Of a stretch of 64,000 bases of DNA, positions 41,804-52,384 are shown piece by piece. A program made the translations under genes and the position numbers. Location: positions 26,369-90,368 of the forward strand of contig JAEOUA010000002.1 in the NCBI GenBank assembly GCA_016839555.1, given 5' to 3'. Source of the DNA: Promethearchaeota archaeon. Its GTDB lineage: Archaea > Asgardarchaeota > Lokiarchaeia > Sigyniarchaeales > SOKP01. A model generated the notes under the pieces. The model ran no database searches, was not told where the DNA came from, and saw only the letters and a program-made list of their open reading frames with translations. Position 1 is the first letter of the stretch. Each line of letters begins with the position of its first letter.

Positions 41804-41987
41804 GATAAATCGACAAATCAAAATATTTTAATCGTATAAAGGTAAATTAAACTTAATCCTTTTTAAATGTTGCATATTTTCGACAATAATAATCTATATA
41901 TTACGGACAAATTTTTATATAATTTTTAAAAATAAAAAAAATATATATTGAAATGTTTATCCAAATTTTGTTATCTTATTTGAATTT

Positions 41988-43001
41988 TTAATCATTCTTA
42001 ATTGGAAATTTCTTCCACATTTTCTCATAAATTATAATAAAGATTGTAAACAAAATGTAAATCAATAGAGTATAAATATATGCATTTGGAATGTATAAAG
42101 AAGCCCATGTACCAAAATAAGTATTTATAGAGAAATGAAGGATGATTGCCCCTAATAAATTAGCTTGAGATTTATTATAATACCACGTAAAAATTATTCC
42201 AAAAGGAATATTATATATGAATCTTAACAGAAATCCTTGCAAACCACCTGCATAAAAACCATTAAAATGCAAAGGAGTGTGCCAAACTGACCAAATAACT
42301 CCTATAATTAATCCCGTTATCAAGGGACTATATTTTTCCTGCAAACGAGGTGTTGCAAATCCTCTCCAACCAATCTCTTCATTTAGAGGGCCTCCAAAAA
42401 AGAATAGATATGAAAATATTAAAGGGTATATAGCTATAGTTAGGAAAAATTCACCAAAAGAATATAAATTTGCCCCCAAGATGAGGGAAATTAATACAGC
42501 TACAATTTCAAATAGTATAGGGAGAAAAAATGCGATTAGAAGAAAATAGTTCTTTCCTTTAACTCCTTTAATTGATTTTAGCAAGTCTAATATGCCTGAA
42601 TTAGAGGAAAACATACTAGAAATTAAGAATGATGCGATAAAGGATGCAATAATAATAGGGATGATAAAAATAAGAGAAGTTATTGGATAAAAAATAAATG
42701 TGATGAAAATTGATAAGAAACTTGTTATAATAAAGATAATGCAAAATGTAATCCATTTTTTCTTTTTTTGATTATTTTCATGATGAGATGCTTTTCTTGA
42801 AGCGAGTAATAATGCTGAAATAGAAGGTCCAAACGCTCCAATTAAGCATATCCAAATAAACAATAGAACATCTCCAAAAGAAATTAATGGTGCTAAAAAC
42901 CATATAACCCACGAGATAATGAAAGTGAGGGTGAAGAATAATATTAATTCTCGAGATCTATCATTAATTTGTTTAGTTGACATCTTAATCAATAATATCA
43001 A
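41988..43001 (-). CDS. CPBP/Abi (CAAX-type) intramembrane metalloprotease
   Basis: EEIGWRGF, WSVWH, HFSIN motifs. Confidence 0.92.
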   Translation of the reverse strand: MILLIKMSTKQINDRSRELILFFTLTFIISWVIWFLAPLISFGDVLLFIWICLIGAFGPSISALLLASRKASHHENNQKKKKWITFCIIFIITSFLSIFITFIFYPITSLIFIIPIIIASFIASFLISSMFSSNSGILDLLKSIKGVKGKNYFLLIAFFLPILFEIVAVLISLILGANLYSFGEFFLTIAIYPLIFSYLFFFGGPLNEEIGWRGFATPRLQEKYSPLITGLIIGVIWSVWHTPLHFNGFYAGGLQGFLLRFIYNIPFGIIFTWYYNKSQANLLGAIILHFSINTYFGTWASLYIPNAYIYTLLIYILFTIFIIIYEKMWKKFPIKND

Positions 43002-43258
43002 AAAAGTAAATTTCTTTTTAAGTTTTTTTAAACCAATTTTTCATTAATATGTGCATAAAAAACTAAATGAAGTACTTTTATTTTGAGTAGCTATCTTAAA
43101 ATTAGAAAAAATTGAAAAAATTCAGTTTCCAATTTTATAACTGATAAAATACGGAATGAAAATTTGTTTTTGATTTTTTAAATCTAATCAATTTTTAATT
43201 TAAAGAGAAATAGAATTAAAGATTCATAAGCTAAAAATCGGTTTAGTATATATCAGGC

Positions 43259-45400
43259 TTAGCTAATTACTATTTCAAACTCTACATGAAACTCTTTTTT
43301 TAGCTTTAAAATGGAAATCACATTTATTCCTTGATATAAGTCCTTATATCCTTCATCTGTATAAGTATAAGAGATAATTGGGAAGCTTTTTATTTTCGGT
43401 TTAAGATTGGGTTCGCCTTCGGAAAGAAAATTGATTTTGAAACTTAGATCATAGGTTTTATCATAGGCTTCAAAAGTTGTCCCAATGTATTCGGATGCAT
43501 TCAACAATTCTTTAAATTCGTCCGGATTCCCATTAAAGAAGAAAGGAATATCAATGCCCATTACTACTTTTTCCAATACCGAATTTAATTTCAAATGATT
43601 TATTTCATTTGAATTAATTTTTCCAAATATTAGAATCTTAATCCTTTTGTTTTCTAATATTATTTGCTTATTTAATTCACATTCAAGTGGTTTCTCAAGC
43701 ATATCAAGCTGGATCTTCCCGTTCTTTTGTAATTGAATAAGAGCTTCTTTTTGCTTTTTCATATTTTTAACCACTTGAAACTCGGTATTTACAAAATCTG
43801 ACAATTCTTTGTATTTATCTGCCTTTAATTCTTCAATAGTTATATCTTCGCTAAAGACTCGAGTCCTGAGCATGCTTCTTCTATATTTATCCACATTGAT
43901 TTCATTATCTTCTATTTTATCCTTGGAATGATACGCTTCTTCCCAGCGTGTTAAAGTGTTGAGAAGATTGTAGGATTTAGGTTTATAATCTAGTTCAAAA
44001 ATTGTCCCTCCTTCTGAAGGATTAATATAAAGATTAATCTGATTTGATTCAATCAGGAGCTCCATTTTGCTATCAACTGTAAAATCGAGTGGAATTATAT
44101 TTATATAAGAATTCAATTGCGGATTAAGAAGGCTGTTTATTTTGTCTATTATTTTTTCTGCATTTATTAAATGCTCATATATGGCAAATCTGAGAAATTG
44201 GAGATAAACCCCTCCAAACAAACCATGCCAATAGGGATCATTACATTGTGCTTTATAAATTTCCTCCCACGCATTAGCAATTTTTTTTTCAATTTTTTTA
44301 ATAAGTGTGACTTCTGTTATGGCCTCTATTTTTTTTTCAATTTCAAGTAATTTTTTTCTTACGTATAGCATTTTTTTATGCATATTATTTGATTCTGGAT
44401 ATTTGACTAAAAAATAGCGCCAGAATCCTCCTTTAAGAAACATATATAATTCTTGCTTACTCTCATCTTCTCTTAATTTATCCCTATAATCTTCAAAAGA
44501 TCTTCTAATTGATGTGGGGAGAACCCATTCTTCCATTTTATCATAGCTTGAAGTTGGCAGATAAACTAAGCCTTTTGCGGAATGAGTCTCCATATATTCA
44601 CTTAAAGTTATTGGTTTTATCCAATCATTTTCTATAATTCTCTCGAATAATGAGGGAATAAAAGGTCTTCCATTATCACCCTCTTCATGCCCCAATCCTT
44701 CGATATAACAGATTTCATGAGTAGAACCCCATACACCCATTTTTTCTGCATCAGAGATCAGTAGAGCGATCCTATCGCCCTTTTCATCGGCAAATTCTTC
44801 CAAATATTTAATTGTATGGGTAGTTGGCTTCCAAGGAACAAGATAGCGCAATTTTTCATTAATCGGAAATATTCTAATAGTCTTTCCGTCATCTTCCGTC
44901 ATATAGGTATAGAGCGTCTGATCTTCGGATATACCTGTAGATCTGAAATGATTATCATCAACAATGACATATTTCAAACCCGTCTTATTAAGGAAGGAAG
45001 GATAATTAGGTTCCCATACTCTCTCGGAAAGCCAAGCCCCTTTAACTTCTAAGTTAAATTCATCTTTTATAAGTTTAGTTAATTTGTTAATTTGAGCCAA
45101 CTTATCTCGATATGGAATAACAGCATATATAGGTTCGTAATATCCTCCTCCAATAATTTCTATTTGCCTCCTAGAAGCCATTTCCTTTATTTTTGCTGTA
45201 AAATCAGGTTTAGTTTTTATAAACCATTCTAAAATATTTCCGGAAAAATGTAAGGTAGCTTTAATTTTTGAATAATTATATAATGCTTCTATTAATGGTT
45301 TATATGCTTTTTTATAACAGTCTTCACATACATATTCAAAATTGTCCACAGGTTGATGGAAATGAAATACTATTGGGAGGTAAATCGATTTCTTAGTCAT
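43259..45400 (-). CDS. GH57 alpha-amylase / 4-alpha-glucanotransferase
   Basis: HFHQP, GGGYYEP, WLSERVWEP, DAEKMG, YPESNNMHKKM, QCNDPYWHGLFGG. Confidence 0.93.
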   Translation of the reverse strand: MTKKSIYLPIVFHFHQPVDNFEYVCEDCYKKAYKPLIEALYNYSKIKATLHFSGNILEWFIKTKPDFTAKIKEMASRRQIEIIGGGYYEPIYAVIPYRDKLAQINKLTKLIKDEFNLEVKGAWLSERVWEPNYPSFLNKTGLKYVIVDDNHFRSTGISEDQTLYTYMTEDDGKTIRIFPINEKLRYLVPWKPTTHTIKYLEEFADEKGDRIALLISDAEKMGVWGSTHEICYIEGLGHEEGDNGRPFIPSLFERIIENDWIKPITLSEYMETHSAKGLVYLPTSSYDKMEEWVLPTSIRRSFEDYRDKLREDESKQELYMFLKGGFWRYFLVKYPESNNMHKKMLYVRKKLLEIEKKIEAITEVTLIKKIEKKIANAWEEIYKAQCNDPYWHGLFGGVYLQFLRFAIYEHLINAEKIIDKINSLLNPQLNSYINIIPLDFTVDSKMELLIESNQINLYINPSEGGTIFELDYKPKSYNLLNTLTRWEEAYHSKDKIEDNEINVDKYRRSMLRTRVFSEDITIEELKADKYKELSDFVNTEFQVVKNMKKQKEALIQLQKNGKIQLDMLEKPLECELNKQIILENKRIKILIFGKINSNEINHLKLNSVLEKVVMGIDIPFFFNGNPDEFKELLNASEYIGTTFEAYDKTYDLSFKINFLSEGEPNLKPKIKSFPIISYTYTDEGYKDLYQGINVISILKLKKEFHVEFEIVIS

Positions 45401-45605
45401 TTCTTAACATCTAAACAATAATTACGAGCTAAATAAAAAAATCTCTATTTTGTAAAATCAATTATTTCATCTAAAGATTTGGAAAAGCCTTTCTTGCTAC
45501 TTATACTAAGAAATAAACTAAATAATATCAAAAAAAATAAAAATTTGTAAATGAATATACATTAGTAATTATTATACAAAAAATAATTGATAATAAATTG
45601 AAAGA

Positions 45606-47342
45606 TTGAGTAAGATGTCTGTATTTACCCATATTGATAAAAATATAATAGAAAATGTAATGGGTTCGATGGAATTCAAAGCTTTTCTTCTCTCTCGACG
45701 TTGGTTCGGAGATAAATTTCTCTTGTCAAATTTAGAATTTAAAATTACATTGGATTATTTTAATATCATTGCTGAAAGAATCTACTTAACAATTATTAAG
45801 ATTTCTAAGCCTGATTATGAAAAGAGATATTTTCTCCCCTTAATCTATTATAAAAATTTGAATAATATTTTAGATCTAAGCGAGAAAAATAATAAAAATA
45901 TAGTTAATCTTACAAAAAATACGTTTAGTAAAAAAATCGCACTAACTATTGAGAGAGAACCAGAGATTTTGACATTAAATCTCATTGAAGCGGAATATTG
46001 CTTATATTTCTGGAAAAACTTATTATTTGAAAAGGAAATTTCGGAAAAATTTCCAAAACTTTCCTTAAAACTTGCCCTCTACACTGAACAGTTTCAAGAT
46101 GAAATCAATATGAGAAAAGCGCAGGCATTAATTGAAGCGAGTATTTATAAAGAACGATATGAAGCGGAACTTGAACAATTAGGTAAGGGTAATACCACAA
46201 ACCTCCTGTTTAAACTCACCTTAGTTAACAAAAAACAAAAGAATATTGAGACTTTTAATTATGTATTAAAATCCTATAAAGAATATCGCGAGAGCTTAGA
46301 ACCTACAACTTTACAAGTTTTGAATAAGAATCAATTTTTTAACGCACCCAAAATATATGGAACTATAAAAATTAATAATAAGGAATCTGTAGGCATCCTT
46401 GAATATATATCAAATAAAGGAAATGTGGGTGATATTTATTGGAACGAACTTAATAGTATGATTAAAAATACTTTTTCAGATTTGGGTACTGATTTTTCAA
46501 AGTTGGAAGATAAAGAAGAACTTTCCAAAATAATCAAACAATACTTTAAGGAATCTTTACAAATTTCTGAAGAAATTGGTAATTATATTACCAACTTACA
46601 TAACGCATTAATTCTGCCTGACCAAGAAAATTATTCTTTAGAAACCGTAGAAAGCGATTTTTATTTGAAAAATTATACACATAAACTTAACTTAATGATT
46701 TCGGATTTACAACATCTAATGCAACAAGAATCTAAAAACATTTTTTATAATTTAACAAAGATCCAAGCAGTATTTCTTGATGCCAAGGATGTATTAGAAA
46801 AATTCCGATCTGAATTTGAAAAAGAGAACATTGAAATTCAACCAGTACATCAAGACCTTCACATGGAACAAATTTTATATAATAAAAGTGATACCCAATT
46901 TAATTTCTATTTTATGGATTTTGAAGGAGATCCTGAACTTTCCCTTGAAGAGAGGAAGCAGAGATTTCCAACGGATAAAGATATTGCTTCTTATCTCAGA
47001 TCATTAAGTTATATTAAATTTAATACATTATTATTATTTATTGAGAAAAATATTATTGAAAAAGATGAATATGTTGTACCTGAAGAGATTCTGTATAGCT
47101 TATTTTTTCGAAAAGGCTTTAGAGAAAAAAGGAAAGGACTCGATGCAATATTAACTTTCTTGAATAAATGGGAAAGAAAAATAATGAATAAAATTCTTAA
47201 AAATTTAAATGCGAATATAACGCTCATAAACTTCTTTACCATCGAAAGAATTTTACATGAGGTCTTATATGAGATTCTTTTCCGTCCAAGAAAGTTTTTA
47301 GTGCCTTTACTCGGTCTAAAAGAAGTTATTGATAATAATTAA
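45606..47342 (+). CDS. Maltokinase-like kinase (Mak/TreS-C, APH fold)
   Basis: RRWFGDK N-terminus, HQDLHMEQIL, DFEGDP, DIASYLRSLSY, HEVLYE..FRP...VPL.GL. Confidence 0.8.
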   Translation: MSKMSVFTHIDKNIIENVMGSMEFKAFLLSRRWFGDKFLLSNLEFKITLDYFNIIAERIYLTIIKISKPDYEKRYFLPLIYYKNLNNILDLSEKNNKNIVNLTKNTFSKKIALTIEREPEILTLNLIEAEYCLYFWKNLLFEKEISEKFPKLSLKLALYTEQFQDEINMRKAQALIEASIYKERYEAELEQLGKGNTTNLLFKLTLVNKKQKNIETFNYVLKSYKEYRESLEPTTLQVLNKNQFFNAPKIYGTIKINNKESVGILEYISNKGNVGDIYWNELNSMIKNTFSDLGTDFSKLEDKEELSKIIKQYFKESLQISEEIGNYITNLHNALILPDQENYSLETVESDFYLKNYTHKLNLMISDLQHLMQQESKNIFYNLTKIQAVFLDAKDVLEKFRSEFEKENIEIQPVHQDLHMEQILYNKSDTQFNFYFMDFEGDPELSLEERKQRFPTDKDIASYLRSLSYIKFNTLLLFIEKNIIEKDEYVVPEEILYSLFFRKGFREKRKGLDAILTFLNKWERKIMNKILKNLNANITLINFFTIERILHEVLYEILFRPRKFLVPLLGLKEVIDNN

Positions 47343-47429
47343 TTTTAAATAATTTTGAATTTACTTAGCAAATTGGTAATTTTTTTATAACTTATTTCTT
47401 GTATTTTTTGGTAAAATTATTAGTTAGCA

Positions 47430-48074
47430 TTAACCCTTGCTTTCATTTTTCAAACGAGCGAATTCAAAGGCATAATGAGTCTCATCTCTACGAACTGGCT
47501 GAATCGTCTCCATATATCTTTCAGCTACTTTCTTACTGTCTTCTATTTCTTCCGTTGTAAATTCTCTATCGTAATCTCCCTTATCGCCCATAGTAATTAA
47601 AATCCACATAAATGCTTCTACAAATCTTTTTGGGCCGAATTTTTTATTAATCAGAATAAATCCTTCTTCATCGAGAAATTTAGGAAAAAGTCCATATTCT
47701 TCGCATAAATCTAATTTGTAAGGAATATCATTCATTTTCCCTTTTAACCTTGCTAAATCATTGATGAAGCGTGCTAATTCTGTAGCCAATTCTATCTGTC
47801 TCTTTTCATCAAGTTCACTTATTATCTTATTAAAGAACCTTCTTTTTAACAATATTAATTCATTTTGATTTAATGATTTAATAGAATTATGATCCATTAG
47901 AAAAAATTCGGATTTTTCAAGATATTCCCTAATTACTGCTGCTTTTGTGAGGTGCCTATTTTCAGCTATAGTATTTAGAACTTCATCAAGATTTTTTTTA
48001 ATTCTTACAGTTAATACTGTAGATTCATGTTTAGAATCTGCTCTATCGTTATTAGATGAATTATTTTTATCCAA
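47430..48074 (-). CDS. Putative ribbon-helix-helix transcriptional regulator
   Basis: VLTVRIKKNLDEVLNTIAENRHLTKAAVIREYL. Confidence 0.65.
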   Translation of the reverse strand: MDKNNSSNNDRADSKHESTVLTVRIKKNLDEVLNTIAENRHLTKAAVIREYLEKSEFFLMDHNSIKSLNQNELILLKRRFFNKIISELDEKRQIELATELARFINDLARLKGKMNDIPYKLDLCEEYGLFPKFLDEEGFILINKKFGPKRFVEAFMWILITMGDKGDYDREFTTEEIEDSKKVAERYMETIQPVRRDETHYAFEFARLKNESKG

Positions 48075-49393
48075 TTTGCATTAATCTCCTCTTTTTTTTC
48101 TTGTAAGTTTTGTAATCATTTATTACTATATAATAAATAGTATTAATCTATTTAAATATATGCTTTCTTAATATAAGATAGACTTAAAGGATGTAATTTT
48201 AGTATATATTTGAATATTCAGTTTAAATTCTAAAATCTTTTAAGGATTATAGCAACTTGTTTAATCATAAACTTATAAAATTTAATGATTTATAAAAATT
48301 TATAATTATTTCGCTTTATAAAACAGTAAATATTAATTCCTGGTTAAAATTAAATATAAAAATTAAAATTTATTCAAAAATTACTACATTACTTCATATA
48401 ATAGATTGTTTAAATATTATAAATTCATTAATTTTTTCAAAATGAGCTTAATTTTTGAAAATATCCTTAAAGATATATGGGAGTTTAGTTTTTTCTGCTT
48501 TCTAAAAATAAATTTTAAAGATTAAAGATTCATAATATTCAAATTTTAATTTTTTTTTTATTTTATCCTATAAAAATAAATAAAGAAGAAAAAATCTGTT
48601 TTTTCTTCTAAAATTTGGAGATATTTTTTAAATAAACGATTAATATTTAATTAATGTAATTTCTGTTTGGTTTTGTAACCTTTGTGTTCAAATTAAATTT
48701 TTTTACTTCTATTTAAAAATTTTAAATTTTTTATTATATCAAATACAAGGAAAAGGATATAATAGATTAAATTTGAAACTTAATGCAATCTTTTACATAA
48801 TATATTTCTTTTTTACATTAAAAAATTAGATTTAATTGTATTTTTATTTTGAATAATTTTTCACGATATAAAAAAAATAAAAACTATTATAGTACTATAT
48901 TTATTATTTAGCCAAATTAACGTAATTAATTATTAAACAAATTTAAATATAGCTAAATTTTAATAATTTGAGATTTGAGAATAATTTTAATACCGATTAT
49001 TTTTTTTAAAAAAAAGAAGTAAAATTCATAACAAAAAAATTACGACAAATTCGATTTTGATAAATCTTAGGAACTAAAATAATTATTTTTAATAATAAAT
49101 CCATTGATTTGATTTCAAAACTCTCTAATACTAAAATAAACTTATAAACTTGTTTCTATTTTATATAAATGAATATCTATATAATACAATGGTTGCAAAA
49201 GCAAACTTTTTTCTAGTAGTCCTCTGTAATAAATGTAATAAAAGAATTACAAGGATTATATTCTCCTACAAGATCTCATGCAAAAAAAATTAACTAATAT
49301 ATAAAAGTATAAAATTATTTACTAATCTTGAAAAAATTATCATTAAATTTTATAAAACATTTAAAATTTTTAATAAAAATTATATTATAAACA

Positions 49394-49729
49394 ATGGAAA
49401 TTAACGAATTAACTGAAAGTAAAGTTTTAAAGGTAGGTTTGTTAAATAATTTTTCTGATTTGGTAGAAATAGATACAGATAAAGAAATTGAGTTAATTGT
49501 GAAAGCTTTATCTTCTAAAACTAGGCGGAGCATACTCCAAGAAATCCAGTCAGGACCTATGGATGTATCTAATCTTGCAGCGAACTTAGAAATGACGGAA
49601 GCCAATATATCTGCTCAAATTAAAAAACTTGAAAAAGCTGGGTTAGTTGACTGCGATTATAGTTCCGGGAGACATGGCGTCCGGAAGCTCTCTAAAATCA
49701 AATATAATCAACTTTTATTACAATTCTAA
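49394..49729 (+). CDS. ArsR-family winged-HTH regulator
   Basis: KALSSKTRRSIL, MDVSNLA, ISAQIKKLEKAGLV, GRHGVRK. Confidence 0.85.
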   Translation: MEINELTESKVLKVGLLNNFSDLVEIDTDKEIELIVKALSSKTRRSILQEIQSGPMDVSNLAANLEMTEANISAQIKKLEKAGLVDCDYSSGRHGVRKLSKIKYNQLLLQF

Positions 49730-49931
49730 ATTATTATTTAAAAAATAGATTATTACCGTATCTATTTCTTAATTATTTAACTTTAAATTCTCCTTTATAA
49801 TAACCTAATATAATTTTTCTGATCCCTATCTTCTTTTATCAACATTTCTAGAGCTATTATAAATCTAATTTATAAAAAATTTGAGAATAGAAGAAAATTG
49901 GGTTAGAAAAGGAATAAATTAACTAGAATAA

Positions 49932-51074
49932 TCAGGTAAAATAAGGAATCAAGGTGTTCTTGACCTTATTTAAATGCCCTAAATGAGCCTCAGTTAGCAT
50001 TTTTAGGGTGTCTTGGAGACCTAACTTCTCTATCCGTTCTGTCAGCTTGTAAAAAGTGCTTTCCTTAATTTTTTTAATCAATTTTTTATTATTAATATCC
50101 AATAAAAGATATTCGATTGGATTGAATTCTTTTTGTCCAAGCATTTCATTCACTATTGAAATAAGAAGGGTATCAAATGTTATGCGAAGCACGTCTTCAT
50201 TGTCTTTTTCAACCTCATCGGAATTAAACACACTTTTTAGGAGGTCAACAGATTTTTTTAAAAGTTGAAGAGCTTTCTGGCCTAGTTCTTTAATTTTAGG
50301 ATTAAATTCCCTCTTTTTTGAAGCTCTCAAACATAAAGCTGCCACTAGAACATATTCTGCCTGAAGGTGAAGCAATCTACTTTTTGCATTTTTAATAATT
50401 TCTATTCTATCAGATTTGTCCGTTAATTGATCTATATTATTGGAAGCTTCTTGAAAATAATTCGAAATTGTTATATATTTATTTGCAGCAGCATTATAAT
50501 CCTCTAAATTTAGTAATTTTAATGCTCTTTTTTCCTCAGTCTTATAAAGCTCATCCACCTTATTTACCAACATTATAGCCTTTAACATAAGCCGTTCACC
50601 TTCATTTTTATTGGTTTTGGTTCGCTCTAATGCTTCCCCTGCTTTTAATAGAAGTTTTGCGGAGGGTCCAATATAATAATCATCTTCTGAATCGAGTTTT
50701 AAAAAATAGTTCGCTGCTTTTTTCCAAGCCTCTCCAGCAGTCTCATAATCCTTCATTCTATAACTTAGATCTCCAAGCTTTGTTAATAATTTTGCAGAGA
50801 TCTCTTTTAAATCTAATTCTTCTGTTTTTCTGACTATGGATTTAAGTCTGTAAATTGCTTGAATGTTATTTTTAAATTTTGAGATGATCGACGCTATTTT
50901 TATATATAGTTGATCTAATTTTAGATAACTACCAAGATCCAAATATTTTTGGGCTGCTTTTTCATATAAATCAATTGCTTGCTTACCTTTTCCCTGAACT
51001 AATAATTCATCCGCTCTATCGATTAAATTTAATGCTTCAATTTCTAATTCTTCTTTATCATGATTATTATACAT
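49932..51074 (-). CDS. All-helical TPR / alpha-SNAP-like protein
   Basis: Repeats AIDLYEKAA, AGEAWKKAA, LLKAGEA, AAANKY. Confidence 0.6.
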   Translation of the reverse strand: MYNNHDKEELEIEALNLIDRADELLVQGKGKQAIDLYEKAAQKYLDLGSYLKLDQLYIKIASIISKFKNNIQAIYRLKSIVRKTEELDLKEISAKLLTKLGDLSYRMKDYETAGEAWKKAANYFLKLDSEDDYYIGPSAKLLLKAGEALERTKTNKNEGERLMLKAIMLVNKVDELYKTEEKRALKLLNLEDYNAAANKYITISNYFQEASNNIDQLTDKSDRIEIIKNAKSRLLHLQAEYVLVAALCLRASKKREFNPKIKELGQKALQLLKKSVDLLKSVFNSDEVEKDNEDVLRITFDTLLISIVNEMLGQKEFNPIEYLLLDINNKKLIKKIKESTFYKLTERIEKLGLQDTLKMLTEAHLGHLNKVKNTLIPYFT

Positions 51075-51469
51075 TGTTTGTTCAAAATTAAGTGAAATTT
51101 TTCTGTTTTTAGAAATAATCTTGTTAATTTTTCATATTATCTATAAAAATATAAAGATAATTTCTATATTTAAAAAATTAATTTTAGCTTAAATATTTAG
51201 TTTTGCTTTAGTTTAAAATAAATTAATCGAAATGTTTAAAATTTTTTTGAAATGATGTTTTAAACTATAAGTAATTTAAAAATTTTATATAAATTCATTT
51301 AGAAATATTATTCATAATATTTTTGAGCCTAAATCCAATAATTACTATTTTTCTTGATTATTTAGCATTTTTAGAAGGAACTTGTTTAAGAAATCCTAAT
51401 TCATTAAAAAGATTTAAATATGATTCAATTACTAATATTAACATCCAAATCAAAAATAAGTGAAAAAAA

Positions 51470-52297
51470 ATGCAATCAAAAGAATATGTTAAATATATAG
51501 TTGGGAGTATATCTATTATTCTAGGGGCATTAATTTTTATTGGAACATTTCTACCAATTGTTTCGGGAGTAATAGATTTCGGAATTTTTGGTTTTTCTCT
51601 TAGTGGAGGGTATGGTTATAATTTTACAAATATAACTGTAAAATATAATCCGCTTTTCAACAATCTTTCTGCTGAATTTTTTAATTTACTAAATCCATCC
51701 TGGATTTTTACATGGTCTTTATTTTATCCAGTATTTTACAATACGCTATTTAATTCTTCAATATTTGCTATGCTCACGATTCTGATATTAATAATTGCCC
51801 TATCTGTGATTATTCTTGGCATTTTAAATTTATTCTTTGGAAGTAGATCTTCAGCTCCTTCTATTATTTGTCTAGTTGCTGGTGGTATAGTAATTATTTT
51901 ATCTATACTTTTATTTATAATGTTTAGAAATGAGGTTTTACTGGGAATTAAAACACTGCATGAAATGATAGAATTAAATGAGGGTTATATATGGCCAGGA
52001 ATGACTATTTCAGCAACACCTTTAGGAGGCTTTTATTTGACTTTTATCCCAGCACTTGGAATTGTAGGTTTATCTATTTTTTCAGTGGGATTTATCCAAA
52101 CCCAAAAGAGTAAAGAGAAATTTATTGAAGAACCGTTAAAAAAAAAGGAAATTTATGGAATGAAGACTTCTGAGATAAAATCTTCAAGAGACGTCGCTGT
52201 TGAAAAGGATATTAGAATCAATTATTGTCCTAATTGTGGTGAAAAAATTGAAAGTCTCAGTCAGAAATATTGTCAAAATTGTGGACACAAATTATAA
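51470..52297 (+). CDS. Membrane protein with C-terminal zinc ribbon
   Basis: About 4 TM segments; CPNCG...CQNCG. Confidence 0.75.
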   Translation: MQSKEYVKYIVGSISIILGALIFIGTFLPIVSGVIDFGIFGFSLSGGYGYNFTNITVKYNPLFNNLSAEFFNLLNPSWIFTWSLFYPVFYNTLFNSSIFAMLTILILIIALSVIILGILNLFFGSRSSAPSIICLVAGGIVIILSILLFIMFRNEVLLGIKTLHEMIELNEGYIWPGMTISATPLGGFYLTFIPALGIVGLSIFSVGFIQTQKSKEKFIEEPLKKKEIYGMKTSEIKSSRDVAVEKDIRINYCPNCGEKIESLSQKYCQNCGHKL

Positions 52298-52384
52298 CAT
52301 TATTTGAAAATTATTAATATAGATAAACACAATCTGTCAAACCATTAAAGCCTAAAGCTTTTAAGCAAAACTAAAGAAAATATT

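Noticed and set aside
48075-49393. Replication origin or CRISPR array
   Set aside because: No adjacent cdc6/orc1, no G-string ORB-like boxes, no regularly spaced repeats
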